A stretch of DNA of 64,000 bases from Heterodontus francisci (lineage: Eukaryota): assembly GCF_036365525.1 (NCBI RefSeq), contig NW_027140453.1:1178001-1242000 (forward strand). The letters are read 5' to 3'. The notes beneath the pieces are model-generated. The model worked only from the letters and a program-made list of their open reading frames with translations. It searched no databases and was not told the DNA's origin. Position 1 is the stretch's first letter; every line of letters begins with the position of its first letter. The position numbers were made by a program, and so were the translations under genes. Positions 37,815 through 51,036 of this stretch are shown piece by piece.

Positions 37815-38795
37815 AGTTTTCTTTTGGGCCTCCTTATCTCGAGAGACAATGGATACGCACCTGGAGGTGGTCAGTGGTTTGTGAAGCAGCGCCTGGAGTG
37901 GCTATAAAGGCCAATTCTGGAGTGACAGGCTCTTCCACAGGTGCTGCAGAGAAATTTGTTTGTCGGGGCTGTTGCACAGTTGGCTCTCCCCTTGCGCCTC
38001 TGTCTTTTGTCCTGCCAACTGCTAAGTCTCTTCGACTCGCCACACTTTAGCCCCGCCTTTATGGCTGCCCGCCAGTTCTGGCGAACGCTGGCAACTGACT
38101 CCCACGACTTGTGATCAATGTCACAGGATTTCATGTCGCGTTTGCAGACGTCTTTATAGCGGAGACATGGACGGCCGGTGGGTCTGATACCAGTGGCGAG
38201 CTCGCTGTACAATGTGTCTTTGGGGATCCTGCCATCTTCCATGCGGCTCACATGGCCAAGCCATCTCAAGCGCCGCTGACTCAGCAGTCTGTACAAGCTG
38301 GGGGTGTTGGCCGCTTCAAGACTTCTGTGTTGGAGATATAGTCCTGCCAACTGATGCCAAGTATTCTCCGGAGGCAGCGAAGATGGAATGAATTGAGACA
38401 TCGCTCTTGGCTGGCATACGTTGTCCAGGCCTCGCTGCCGTAGAGCAAGGTACTGAGGACACAGGCCTGATACACTCGGACTTTTGTGTTCCGTGTCAGT
38501 GCGCCATTTTCCCACACTCTCTTGGCCAGTCTGGACATAGCAGTGGAAGCCTTACTCATGCGCTTGTTGATTTCTGCATCTAGAGACAGGTTACTGGTGA
38601 TAGTTGAGCCCAAGTAGGTGAACTCTTGAACCACTTCCAGAGCGTGGTCGCCAATATTGATGGATGGAGCATTTCTGACGTCCTGCCCCATGCTGTTCGT
38701 TTTCTTGAGGCTGATGGTTCGGCCAAATTCATTGCAGGCAGACGCAAACCTGTCAATGAGACTCTGCAGGCACTCTTCAGTGTGAGATGTAACAT
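37815..38795 (-). mobile_element. RTE-clade LINE 3' fragment
   Basis: FTYLGS, VYQACVLSTLLYGSEAW, RRLRWLGHVSRMEDGRIPK and a C-terminal CxxC zinc finger. Confidence 0.9.
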
Positions 38796-40651
38796 AACAG
38801 CAATGCTACCATACCCCCAGAGACTGGGGTAAGGTGTATTACACAATTCCCAAGTTTTTGCCGTGCATTCTAGTTACACTGTGTGTATCCTTGTGAGCCC
38901 TGCAGTAGTAAGTGCTGTTGGCTTGGACTCGGGAGCTTTTCAAGGACAGAGTGGAAGTGTTGGCCTGAGTCTTGTGCTGGGTTTCAATCCTTTTCCTGTA
39001 GTTAGATGCAGAAAGTACACTCTATCTGATCCATTCCAGGCAGTCACCAATCTGCAAGTACCAGTCCAAACAACACTCAGTCATGTTCTCCTGCCCAATG
39101 CTTCTGTGGAACATGGGTTCCTCCACGGGAACCAGGGCGTTGACCGCTGGGGACTGGAGAACGATCTAACATCTAACAAGATTCTTCACACAGGATGGCA
39201 GATCAATGGGGAGAGAATGATACAGGGTTACAGGGAGGGACAGAGGCAAAAGCAGAAGAGAGGGAATAAGAAGGAGACAAATTATTCTTCTCCAGTCACG
39301 CTGCTACATTCATACTTATATTTGCTCCACAGGTTAAGCCCAATTATAAATCAGATTTATTACATTGATAAAACTATAAATGCACCAAAGTCGGAAGGAT
39401 GAATACAAACCAGCTCAGTCTGCATCTGAGAACAAAGAAAATTGGTAATGTTTAATGATGATACTCTGTCAGAATAATCCTAACTGCTGTTCACATCAAG
39501 GAACGGTAAATTATTTCAATTTGGTTGACGAGGAGATTATGTAAGCAATGCATAAAGTAACTATTACGAACATTAATTTCATCAACAATGGGACCAAATG
39601 GGGATAGTGGTGTTTCCTGTCTGAAAGCTGGAAAGCAGTAATATGGAAAGCAGATCTCAAACTACTTTGAGATTCTTTTCAGAGGTGGAGGCTCGTTATA
39701 AGCAGTGTGATCAAACCGCCCCTGCTGCTGTGGAAACTGCAGATAGGTCAAATAACCAGTGTCACTGGCGTTGTATTCCTTGCAGAGCACCCTCTGACCA
39801 CATCATACCAACAAAACCTTAGAGGGGAACAGAGCCGGACAGGCAGAGGCCATCCCGGGGAACCCCACATAGGGAGAAATAAAGAGAGAATGAGAGAGAG
39901 AGAACAACTGGGAGGGAGCAAGGGAGAGGTAGAGTGAGGCAAAGACAGAGAGAGAGAGACAGACTGATCAACAAAGCCACTGAGAGATGGAATGATTCAG
40001 GGAAAATTAGTTCGAAAGAGAGAGAGAGATTGAGAGAACTAGTGACAGATAGAGAGAATGAGGCAATAGGATGTGTAGAGACAGACAGGGAGAGACAGAG
40101 ACAGAGCGACACAGAGACAGGAAATGAGAGGAGCTAGGCAGAATTAATTAGAGAGAGAGAGACAGAATGAGACTGAGTGCGTGTGAGAGAGGAATAGAGA
40201 CAGACAGCAAGAGTAAGCGAGGAAATTAGAGGCGAGAAAGAGAGGGGAAGGAAAGAAGCGAGTGAGATAAAGAGAGAGAATGAGAATGGGTGTGCGTGTG
40301 AGAGACAGAAAAAGCAACAGAGCTGAGAGGAAATGAGAGAAGGAAAGAGAGACAGGGATAAAGAAAGAGAATGAGAGTGAGTGTGTGTGAGAGAGGAAAG
40401 ATAACAAGACCAACAGAGACAGAGAAACAGACATGACGAGAGAGAGTAAGGAAACAATTTTACAGAACAATGTAAACGATGTTTTTTATAATCAATATTG
40501 GTGAAGTCTGATGTGTTTCCTGGTGCTTGCTCGCCCACTGCTGTCCCCCTGGAGGAGAAAACCCCCCAAAAATACAAAAACAACTGCAGCAGAAAAAAGC
40601 ACGAACAAATTCAACAATAACTTCAACAGGAAAAAAAAAGCACCAATGAAA

Positions 40652-40920
40652 AGGGCGGTACAGTGGCCCAGTTGTTACCACCGCAGCCTCATAGCTCCAG
40701 CGACCCAGATTCAATTCTGGGTACTGCCTGTGTGGAGTTTGCAAGTTCTTCCTGTGTCTGCGTACTTTCCTCTGGGTGCTCCGGTTTCCTCCCACATGCC
40801 ATTATAAATTGCCCGTGGTATAGGTAGGTGGGAGGGAAATACAGGGACAGGTGGGGATGTGGTAGGAATATGGAATGAGTGTAGGATTAGTATAAATGGG
40901 TGGTTGGTGGTCGGCACTGA
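40652..40920 (+). mobile_element. tRNA-derived V-SINE-like element
   Basis: GGCGGTACAGTGG...TGTGTGGAGTTTGCAAGTTCT...GGGTGCTCCGGTTTCCTCCCAC central domain. Confidence 0.75.
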
Positions 40921-41319
40921 CTTGTCGACTCAAGCAAGTGATTCAGGTTTGCACAACGCCTCCCTCCCTGATGGGGAACCCACGCCCCTCTCTCTACCAT
41001 TGGCTGCCAGTAGTTGCTGTTGCAAATGTTGGTATCATTCTGCTGCTGAGGTTGTTGTTGTATTTGCTGGTGTTTTCCTCCGGCTGAGGTTGTTGAATTT
41101 GTTGGTGTTTGAATCTCCTGCTGATCTGTTGTTGAATTTGTTGGCCTTGTTCTCCTGCTGAGGTAGTTGTGTTGGTTGGTGTTTTCCCTGCTGAGGTTTT
41201 TGTTGTACTTGTTGTTTTCTTCCCTGCTTAAATTGTTGTTCAATTCGGTTTTTGCATGCTGAGGTTGTTGTTGTATTTTTGGTGTTTTTCTTTCCCTGCT
41301 GAGGTTATTTTCTCTTTTT

Positions 41320-42420
41320 TAATTCAGTCATGGGATTTTGGGCGATGCTGGTTGAGGTCAGCATTTATTGTCCATCCCTAATTGCCCCTTCAGAAGGTGG
41401 TGGTGAGCTGCCTTCTTGAACCACTGCAGTCCATGTAGTGTAGGTACACCCACAGTGCTGTTAGGAAGGGAGTTTCAGGATTTTGACCCACAGTTAGTGA
41501 AGGAACAGCCGATATAGTTCCAAGTCACGATGGTGTGTGACTTGGAGGAGAACCTGCAAGTGGTGGTGTTCCCATGCATCTGCTGCCCTTGTCCTTCGAG
41601 GTGGTAGAGGTTGCGGGTTTGGAAGGTGTTGACGGAGGGAGCCTTGGAAATTGCTGCAGTGCATCTTGCAGATGGTACACACTGCTGACACTGAGCATCA
41701 GTGGTGGAGGGAGTGAATGTTTGTAGATGGGGTGCCAATCAAGCGGGCTGCTTTGTCCTGGACGGTGTCGAGCTTCTTGAGTGTTGTTGGAGCTGCACCC
41801 ATCCAGGCAAATGGACAGTATTCCATCACACTCCTGACTTGTGCCTTGTAGATGGTTAACAGGCTTTGGGGAGTCAGGAGGTGAGTTACTGGCTGCAGGA
41901 TTCCTAGCCTCTGACCTGCTCTTGTAGCCACAGTATTTATATGGCTACTCCAGTTCAGATTCTGTTCAATGGCAATCCCCAGGATGTTGATAGTGGGGGA
42001 TTCAGCGATGGTAATGCCATTGAATGTCAAAGGGAGATGGTTATATTCTCTCTTGTTGTAGATGGTCAATGCCTGGCACTTGTGTGGCGCGAACGTTACT
42101 TGCCACTTTTCAGCCCAAGCCTGGATGTTGTCCAGGTCTTGCTACATCTGAACACGGGCTGCTTCAGAATCTGAGCTGTCGCGAATGATGCTGAACATTG
42201 TGAAATCATCAGTGAACATCCCCACTCTGACCTTATGATTGAAGGGAATTTCATTTATGAAGCAGTTGGAGATGGTGGAACAGGACGTACTCGGGGATGG
42301 CGATAGCGAGCTCTGTGACATTGTCTGTAAGGCATGATTCCCTGAGTATGACTATGTCAGGTTGTTGCTTGACAGCTCTCCCAACCTTGGCACAAGGCCC
42401 GAAATGTTGGTAAGGAGGAC
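41320..42420 (-). mobile_element. Non-LTR retrotransposon ORF2 3' fragment
   Basis: INILGIAIEQNLNWSSHI...IYKAQVRSVMEYC. Confidence 0.82.
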
Positions 42421-42667
42421 CGTACAGATTCAACATGTTGTTGCATCTGCTGCTGCTTTTCACCTGCTGAAGTTGTCTTTGTTGCTTTTCTCCTCCTGAC
42501 GCACTTCTTGAATTCTGTTGGTGTTTTTTTCTCCTCCTGACATTGGTTGGTGAGCTTTTTTTTGCCAACGTTGCTTCTGAACTTGTTGGTGTTTTCCCTC
42601 GCTGAGGCTGTTGTTGAATTTGTTGATGCTTTTCGTGCTGAGGTTTTTGTTGTATTTGTTGTATTGC

Positions 42668-43165
42668 CCGGAGGAGGTTACAGAGATAGGGAGGGTTGTA
42701 GGGCTGGAGGAGGTTACAGTGATAGGGAGTATTGTAGGGGCTGGAGGAAGTTACAGAGAGAGGGAGGGTTGCAGGTCTGGAGGAGGTTACAGCAATAGGG
42801 AGGGTTGTAGGGCTGGGAAGGTTACAGAGATAGGGAGGGTTGTTGGGCTGGAGAATGTTACAGATATAGGGAAGATTGTAGGGGCTGGAGGAGGTAACAG
42901 AGATAGGGAGGGTTGTCGGGGCTGGACGAAGTTACAGAAATAAGGAAGTTTGTTGGGGGCTGGAGGAGGTTACACCGATAGGGAGCGTTGTCGGGTCAGG
43001 AGGAGGTTACTGAAATAGGGAAGCTTGTCGGGGGCTGGAGGGGGTTACGGAGATAGGGAGGGTTGCATTACCTTAAGCAGGATACAGACATAGGGAGGAT
43101 TGGAGGAGCTGGAGGAGGTTACAGAGATAGGGAGGGTTGTAGGGGCTGGAGGAGGTTACATGAAC
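42668..43165. repeat. ~37-bp minisatellite GGAGGAGGTTACAGAGATAGGGAGGGTTGTAGGGGCT
   Basis: About 13 degenerate tandem units. Confidence 0.9.
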
Positions 43166-45812
43166 AGGGATAATTGTCACTGTTCATCGAGTGTACTCAG
43201 TGTTAACCCCAGTATCATTCTGGTGAATCTCAGCTGTATCTGGTCCAAGGCAAACAGCTGCTTGTTGAGGAAGGTGCCCAGACTGTGTGCAATATTCCAA
43301 ATGTAGTCTAACCAGAGCCTCCTACAACTGTGGCATTACCTCCAAACCCTTTGTATTGTAGCTTCTTCCATTAATCACACGTTCCATAATGCATGACTGG
43401 ATGCACGCATACACCACACACACACTCCCAACTCTCTCTCTCGCCCACCCCCTCTCTCTCCTCAGTTTGTTTGACTATGTTGTTAGTTGTGCATCTTTGT
43501 CCTTCAGCTGATCGTATCTGTGCCTCTGATATGAAGAGTCTATTGTTCACAGTCCTTGACAAACACAACAGCTTCCTGCTTTGTAAAAGTTGACATTTTC
43601 CTAGTTGACACACGGCACAACATTCAAATCTGTTAGTCCCAGGGAATGCAAATATCAAAGCCGGCTCAGAAGTGTTAATGAGTCCATTGTGGGACTGAAT
43701 GAATATCTGACAACCTGGCATGGACACAGGGGCATTGACAGAATCGGCAATCCAGTGAGAATGGAGACTGTGGAAACTATCAGGGACTAGGCATTGGACA
43801 TGGGCTGGTTGGAACTGAGATGCACATTCAGACGCCCCTTTTCACAGGCAGTGTAACATTGAGTAACAATGTGCTTCAAGGTGATTGTGATTACTGAGGG
43901 GACAGTGACATTGTGAATCTGTCACAGGAATATTATCTGGAGCCCTGGACTGACTGCACTGCCCAATGTGCTAATGATCTAACAGAGAAATGTGGGGACA
44001 GACGAATCCTACCCCATCAGAAACAAATCCTAGAATAGTACAACAGAGGGAGGCCATTCGGCCCATCGAGGGTTTGTCATCTCTTTCGAAAATCAACCCA
44101 GTTAATCCAACTCCGCTCTCTTTCACCATTTCCCTCAATTAATTCCCCTTCAAGTATTGAGCCAATTCCCTTTTTGAATAATACCATTGAATTTCCACCA
44201 CCCTATCAGCATTGCCCTCCAAATCCAAACCACTCATGATATTAAAAAACATTTATCCTCATGTCACCTCTGGTACCTTTGCCCATCACATTAAAGCTGT
44301 GCCCTCTGGTGATCTATCGAATCTCCCCTTAACCTTCTCTGCTCTAAGGAGAACGTCCCTTTCTAGCCCAGTCTTTTTACTTGACTGAATTTCCTCACCA
44401 ACTGAACCATCCGAGAAAATCTCTTCTGCAACCTCTCCAAAGCCTGCAGGTCTTTCCGAAAGTGTGGTGCCCTGAATTGGGCACAATATTCCAACAGGGG
44501 CCGACCTGGTGGTTTATACAGGTTTGGCATGACTCCCGGAGTTTTGTACTCGACCTCTCTATTTACAAAGCCCAGACTGTAATATGATTTATTAATCGCT
44601 TTCTCAACCTACCCTGTCACCTTTAAATATTCCTGCACAAGCACCCCCAGGTCTCTCTGTTCTTGCACCACTTCACAAATTGTATTGTTTCATCTCTCCT
44701 CATTCTCGCAGTCAAAATCAAACATATCAAAGACTAATCCCACCCATATCTGGGACAAATTACCTGCTTATTATTATTCAGTCAGTCATGGACAATGGTC
44801 AAAACTAACCTTTTTGACCAAGCGTTTGGTCATCAGCCTTAATCTCAACTTCTGTGGGTTTGGGGTCAGATTTTGTTTTATAATGTACCCTATGTAGCAC
44901 CTTTGGGACTTTTTAATCCTCACCTTCTCCCTCACCCAGTCCGTCACTCTCTCTCTCTCTCTCTCCTCCTCACCTCTAAGACAAGTATATCCATCCTTCA
45001 GTACTGAGACCAGGACTGTACACAGTACTCCAGGTGTGGGCTCACCAAACCCTGTCCCATTACAGCAAGACTTCCTCACTCTTGTACTCTAACCCCTTTG
45101 CAATAAAGGCCAACACTCCATTTGCTGTACCTGTGTGTTAACTTTCTGTGCTTTGTGTACAAGGACACCCAAATCCCTCTGAACACCAACATTTCATCGT
45201 TTCTCACCATTTGAAAAATGTTCTGTGTTTCTATTCTTCCTGCCAAAGTGAAGAACCTCCTCACCCGAATCTCTCTCTCTCACTCCCTCAACTTGTTTCT
45301 GTCTCTCTCCCTCAGCCCATCTCTCTCTCTCTAACTCTCCCTCTCTCTCGATCTTTCTCCCCCTCACCCTGTCTCTCTCTCTNNNNNNNNNNNNNNNNNN
45401 NNNNNNNNNNNNNNNNNNNNNNNNNNNNNNNNNNNNNNNNNNNNNNNNNNNNNNNNNNNNNNNNNNNNNNNNNNNNNNNNNNNNNNNNNNNNNNNNNNNN
45501 NNNNNNNNNNNNNNNNNNGTGGATCTGATGGGGTAGTTTGGGAGAAATTATTTCGGTAGGTTGGGGACTCTGGGACGAGTGAGCATAGTCTAAAAATTCG
45601 AGGCAGACTTTTCAGGAGTGAAGTTAGGAAACACCTCTACACACTAAAGGTGGTGTTAGTTTGGAACTGTCTTCTGCAAACGCACGTTGATGTTAAATCA
45701 ATTGTTCATTTTTAAATCTGAGATTCACCTTCTCGGATGCCTTTTGGAAATTGAAATATTCTGTTGTCACTCTCTGTCCCTTAGTTATACTGTTGTTTCT
45801 GTGTTTGTGTGG

Positions 45813-45853
<41 letters not shown>

Positions 45854-47664
45854 TGTGTGTGTGTGTGTCTATGCTTGTTTCTCTCTCCTCTCTCAGAATC
45901 TCAGTAAAACTCCACATACATCAGTTTGCCATTTTAAGTCGGCTACTTTCGGTGACACCACATCTGCAGAGGGTGCACTTCCTTATGCAGGCTGGTAACA
46001 AACCCGTATCCGCAGCTGGCTCCAATGTTCCCGTGAAGATTTAGTTGTTGTTCGTAGCCATTTTTCTTTCGTGAACAGTCCCTTTAAACATTTGAAGAAT
46101 CTTTACAGACGTGTGTAATTTATCAGGGAACAGGACCTGCGTGGTACCTTCCAGGCTGCTGCACACAGCTTTACGGGAACACTGACCGACACTCTCCATC
46201 CCAATCTCTTCCTCTTTCTCTCTGGTACTCTCTCCCCATTGCTATCCTTCCCTCTCTCTCTTATTCTCTCTCTATATCTATCCCTGTCTTTCTCACTGTT
46301 ATTCTCTCCATCTGGATGGAGGAGAATGAGAGGCATATACAGAGGCAGCTTTACTCTGTATCTAACCCCACACTGTACCTGCCCTGTGAGTGTTTGATAG
46401 ATCAGAGAAGACAGAGATTTACTCTGTAGATAACTTGGCTTGGCAGCATTTGATGGGACCGTGTAGACAGAGCTTTACTCTGTATCCCTGGAATTAAGAA
46501 GGGTAAGGGGTGAGTTGATCAAAGTTTATAAGATAATCCTGGAAGCTGATGGGGTAGAGAGAGAGAAAATCTTCTCACTGGTTGGGGGAACCTGGGACGA
46601 GGGGCACAGTCTAAAAATCGAAAATTAATCTAAAATTCTTTCAGGCTGAAATCTATAAACATTTCTACACACAAAGTGTGGTAGAATTTTGGAATTGTCT
46701 TCCACAAATAACCCCTCCCTATCTCTGCAATCTCCTCCAGCTCCACAATCCTCCAATATCTGTGATCCGCTAATTCTGGCCTCTTGAACATCCCCAATTT
46801 GAATCGTTCCACCATTGGTGGCCGGGCCTTCAAACTGCCAAGGCCCGAACTCTGGAATTCCTTTCCAAAACATCTCCGTCTCAGTAACTCTCTTCCCTCT
46901 TTGAAGACGCTCCCTAAATCCAAGCTCTTTGACCAGGATTTTGGTCGTCTTGCCTAATAACTCCTTAAGTGACTCGGTGCTGAATTTTAATTTTTAAATT
47001 GATTGGAGTGAGGTGTGTGTCACTGGCCAGGCCAGCATTTATTGTCCATCACTAATTTCCCTTGAGAAGGTGGTGGTGAGCCATGTTCTTGAACCACTGC
47101 AGTCCATGTGGGGTAGGTAGACCCACAGTGCTGTTCGGAAGGGAGTTCCAGGATTGTGACCCAGTGCAATATCGTTCCAAGTCAGGATGGTGTGTGACTT
47201 TAGTTGTTGTGTGTGGCCATCTTTATCAGTGCACAGTCCCTTTAAATTTGTGATATTTTTTAACGCAGTTCGATGTAAAAGTTCTACAATCTGCCTGTCT
47301 CTGCCCATCTCTCCCTCCCTCTTTCTGCCCATCTCTCCCTCCCTCTCTCTCTCTGCCTCTCAATAAAGGATGGGCACACTGTCTGGGTATAGAGGGGTGT
47401 TTCCCTGAATTCTACTCTATCAAATCCCTTTCTGAAATGTGAACACCTCTATTCAATCTCCCCCTATCCTCCTGTGTTGTATCATTCTACGACATTGCTA
47501 TGTAAAGTAATGGGGTGGAGCAGAGTGTCGCAGTAAGTGACTGCCAATCACAATGACAACCGGATGCTGGGTATTTAATTGGATACAATATAGAAACCGC
47601 CTGCAAGTGTGTTGTTGAAAACTCCACACGTTCACACATCGAGTTAGTATCGAATGAAGAAATC

Positions 47665-48333
47665 ATGTTGCATGAAGTTCTCAGTCTAATCTTGATGCCT
47701 GCCCTGTTCCCACGTAAGTCAATGTCAGAAACTGTGTAGAATGATGTATTGTAATGTCAGCGGTGATTCTGTCCGGAACACTCCTGTGTCTGAGTCTCAC
47801 TCCAGAACACTTGAGCTCAAAGTCAAGGCTGACAACCCAGATGTCAGGACTGAGGGAGTGCTGCACTGTCGCAGAGGCAGCACTGAGGGAGTAACTACAT
47901 TGGTTGCAAAGCCCTTTCTGATGCCCTGAGGTCCTGAACGGCGCTATATTAATGTAAGCCCTCCCATTCTTGTAATGCAGCCCCTGCTCCAATCCATTAT
48001 TGACTGAAATAATAATTTAATCGATGTTCCATTCCACAGGAATACTCGCCTCATATGTGGAACAGACACCCTCGATCCTATCGATTGCTGCAGGAGAGTC
48101 GACAACACTCAGATGCACGCTGACCAATACTGCATATTACTATATGTACTGGTGCAGACAACAACCAGACAGGGCACTGGAAGTTCTGTTCTATTCTGCT
48201 GGAACAGGGTCTGTCACTAATTACACGTCCGAGTCATTTAAGGCAGTCAGAGCCAGCGATACACTGTTTACTTTGGCACTGAGAGACGCCGCTCCATCTC
48301 ACACCGCTGTCTATTTCTGCGCTTGTAGTATCG
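47665..48333 (+). CDS. TRBV: V14: family-1 TRBV in inverted orientation, ORF intact (WCRQ for WYRQ). Leader 47665-47713, V exon 48040-48333
   Basis: Leader MLHEVLSLILMPALFP, GT-AG intron, V ORF to YFCACSI. Confidence 0.92.
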
Positions 48334-48372
48334 CACAGTGCTTGAGAAAGCGGATCCGCAGCTGCAAAAACC
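48334..48372 (+). promoter_or_regulatory. 23-RSS of V14
   Basis: CACAGTG, 23-bp spacer, GCAAAAACC. Confidence 0.95.
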
Positions 48373-48392
48373 TGTAGTGGATGAACGGGAGT

Positions 48393-48847
48393 TCAGTGCT
48401 CATCATCCACCGGCAGGGGGCAGCAGTAGATTGGAACTCAGTGCTCATCATTCACCAGCAGGGGGCAGCAGTAGATTGAATCTCAGTGCTCATCTTCCAC
48501 CGGCAGGTGGCGGTAGGACATTGAATTTCAGTGCTCATCTTCCACCGGGAGGGGGCAGCAGTAGATTGAATCTCAGTGCTCATCTTCCACCGGGAGGGGG
48601 CAGCAGTAGATTGAGTCTCAGTGCTCATCTTCCACCGGCAGGGGGCAGCAGTAGATTGAGTCTCATTGCTCATCTTCCACCGGCAGGGGGCAGCAGTAGA
48701 TTGAGTCTCAGTGCTCATCTTCCACCGGCAGGGGGCAGCAGTAGATTGAGTCTCATTGCTCATCTTCCACCAGCAGGGGGCAGCAGTAGATTGAATCTCA
48801 CTGCTCATCATCCACCGGCAAGGGGCGGTAGTAGACTGACTGCTCAT
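48393..48847 (+). repeat. 10 x 45-bp tandem repeat, each unit with a CTCF-consensus core
   Basis: Units start at 48393, 48438 ... 48798; core CC(A/G)GCAGGGGGCAGCA. Confidence 0.9.
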
Positions 48848-51003
48848 TTACTGGAACCAGATCAATGAATCATCTTGGATAACAGCACAGAAGGAGACCA
48901 TTCGGCCCATCTCCCCCGTACTGGCTTATTTGAAAGAACTGTCCAGTTCTTCCCCCCTTCTACTTCCCCATCGCCGTGCACATTGATTCCATTCACGTGT
49001 ACAATCCATTGCCTTTTGAACGTTCTTGTTCAAACTGCTTCCAACACCCTTTCAGACAGTGCTCGCCACATCATAACAACTCGCTGCTTAAATAAATCAT
49101 CACATCTCCCCCCTCCCCCCACTAATTCATCTGCCAGTTACATTTAATCAATGTCTCCTGGTTGCCTTCTACCTATAGAAGCAGTTTCTATTCATTTAAT
49201 ATTTATAAAAATTCTTGAATGGGATGTGAGCATCGCTGACCAGTCCAGCATCTGCTATCCATCCCAAATTGCCCTTGGGAAGGTGGTGGTGAGCTGCCTT
49301 CTTGAACCACTGCAGTCCATGTGGGGTAGGTCCACCCACAGTCCTGTTAGGAAGGGAGTTCCAGGATTTTGACCCAGCGACAGTGAAGGAACGGCGATAT
49401 AGTTCCAAGTCAGGATGGCATGTGGCTTGAAGGGGAACCTGCAGGTGGTGATGTTCCCATGCATCTGCTGTCCTTGTCCTTCTAGGTGGCAGAGGTCGCG
49501 GGTTTGGAAGGTGTTGTCGAAGGAGCCTTTGGGAGTTGCTGCAGTGCATTTTGTATATAGTCCACAGTGCTACCACAGTGCGTTTGTGGTGGAGGGAGTG
49601 AATGTTTGTGGATAGGGTGCCAATCAAGCGGGCTGTTTTGTCCTGGATAGTGTCGACCTTCTTCAGTGTTGTTGGAGCTGCAATCGAGTGGAGAGTATTC
49701 CAACACACTCCTGACTTGTACCTTATAGATGGTGGACAGGCTTTGGGGAGTCAGGAGGTGAGGTACTCAAGACTCAACGTGCGCTGCCTGAGTGGATAGA
49801 ACTCTCCTCTCTGAGTTAGAAGGACCCACTCCACAGACTGGAGACAATGAAAAGGCTGACACTTTAGTGCCAAAAAACTGCAGGTAAGTCAAAACAAATC
49901 CACCGAGCAAAAATGTCGTACCGAAATGCATGTTTCATACTATTTTCCCTGATTAAGCAGAATTAACGCACACAATTTTGAATGCAGCACAAACGCCACA
50001 AATTGATGCTAAACCATTTATAAAAAGTCTGGTTTGGCCGCAACTGGTGTAGCGTGTCCACTTCTGTACATGACATTGTAGGAAGGATGGAGAGGGTGCA
50101 AAGGAGATTTAAGAGTAGGTGACCGGGCGTGAGGGATTTCAGCGATGTGGAGATGTGGGAGAAGCTGTTCATTGGAACAGACAATTTTACAAAAAGTCCC
50201 AGAGCCCAATCCAGAAGGTTAGGGGAGCGATGATGGAACCCGCCACTGCTTATCCAATCCACACACTTTGGAATGTTTCCCATTTCATCCATGATCTTCC
50301 CACTTCATGTAAAGTGCATCTATGGAATAGTTAAGTTGTCACCCCCCACTCTTGGTCTAACCTTTAACACTTCCATTGTTACCGAGTCCTGATAGATATT
50401 TAAGAAAGATAGTGAACATTTACTCTTGTAAAATCTCAGCTTTTCTGAAATGACCCTCTCAGCAATGCACACATCCCATCACTGAATACATTCAGATACA
50501 ATTGGAAGAGAACAAGCTTGATAATGATGGTGGAGTGAGAATCTCTTTATGGTGATGAGGCTGCTGAGGGTGAGGCTGACACAGATAATGGCGGTCGGGA
50601 GGAGGGTGGTAATGTGGCCTCAGATGGTAATGATGAGTGTGAGGATGGTGTCAGGATGAATGTGGTTATGATCAGGGGAGTACTGAAGGTATTGATGATC
50701 CCAACACACCCGCCCATTTAATCACCTCTCCACCACAGAAGATAGTTTACATCACATTTACTCCCTTCCTTTCTGCAACTTTCAAAGACATGAAACAGAA
50801 CTGCAGGCCCAGAAACCGATGAGTTGGGGGCCAAACATTGGGTCATCCCCAGAAATGACGAGTCCTCAGGGAGCCCATGAACAAAGTAAGAAAGCTTGGC
50901 TCCGCCTAGGAAAATGTTGAAGATGATGGAGACGGAAGCTGTAAATTCTAGTCAGTGCCCAAAACTTTGAGATACTCTACAATAAAAGTGCTCAGTCGTT
51001 TCA

Positions 51004-51015
51004 TATAAAACCACA
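51004..51015 (+). promoter_or_regulatory. TATA box plus adjacent Runx-like AACCACA upstream of the V15 leader
   Basis: TATAAAACCACA 33 bp before the ATG; same at V17 (~60174), TTTAAAA variant at V16. Confidence 0.6.
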
Positions 51016-51036
51016 CGGATCCTTCACCCTCCAGAG

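Noticed and set aside
48338-48868. 176-aa ORF of repeated SAHLPPAGGSSRL, and a CRISPR-like look of the array
   Set aside because: Open only because the 45-bp unit is a multiple of 3; there are no unique spacers, no cas genes, and the context is vertebrate
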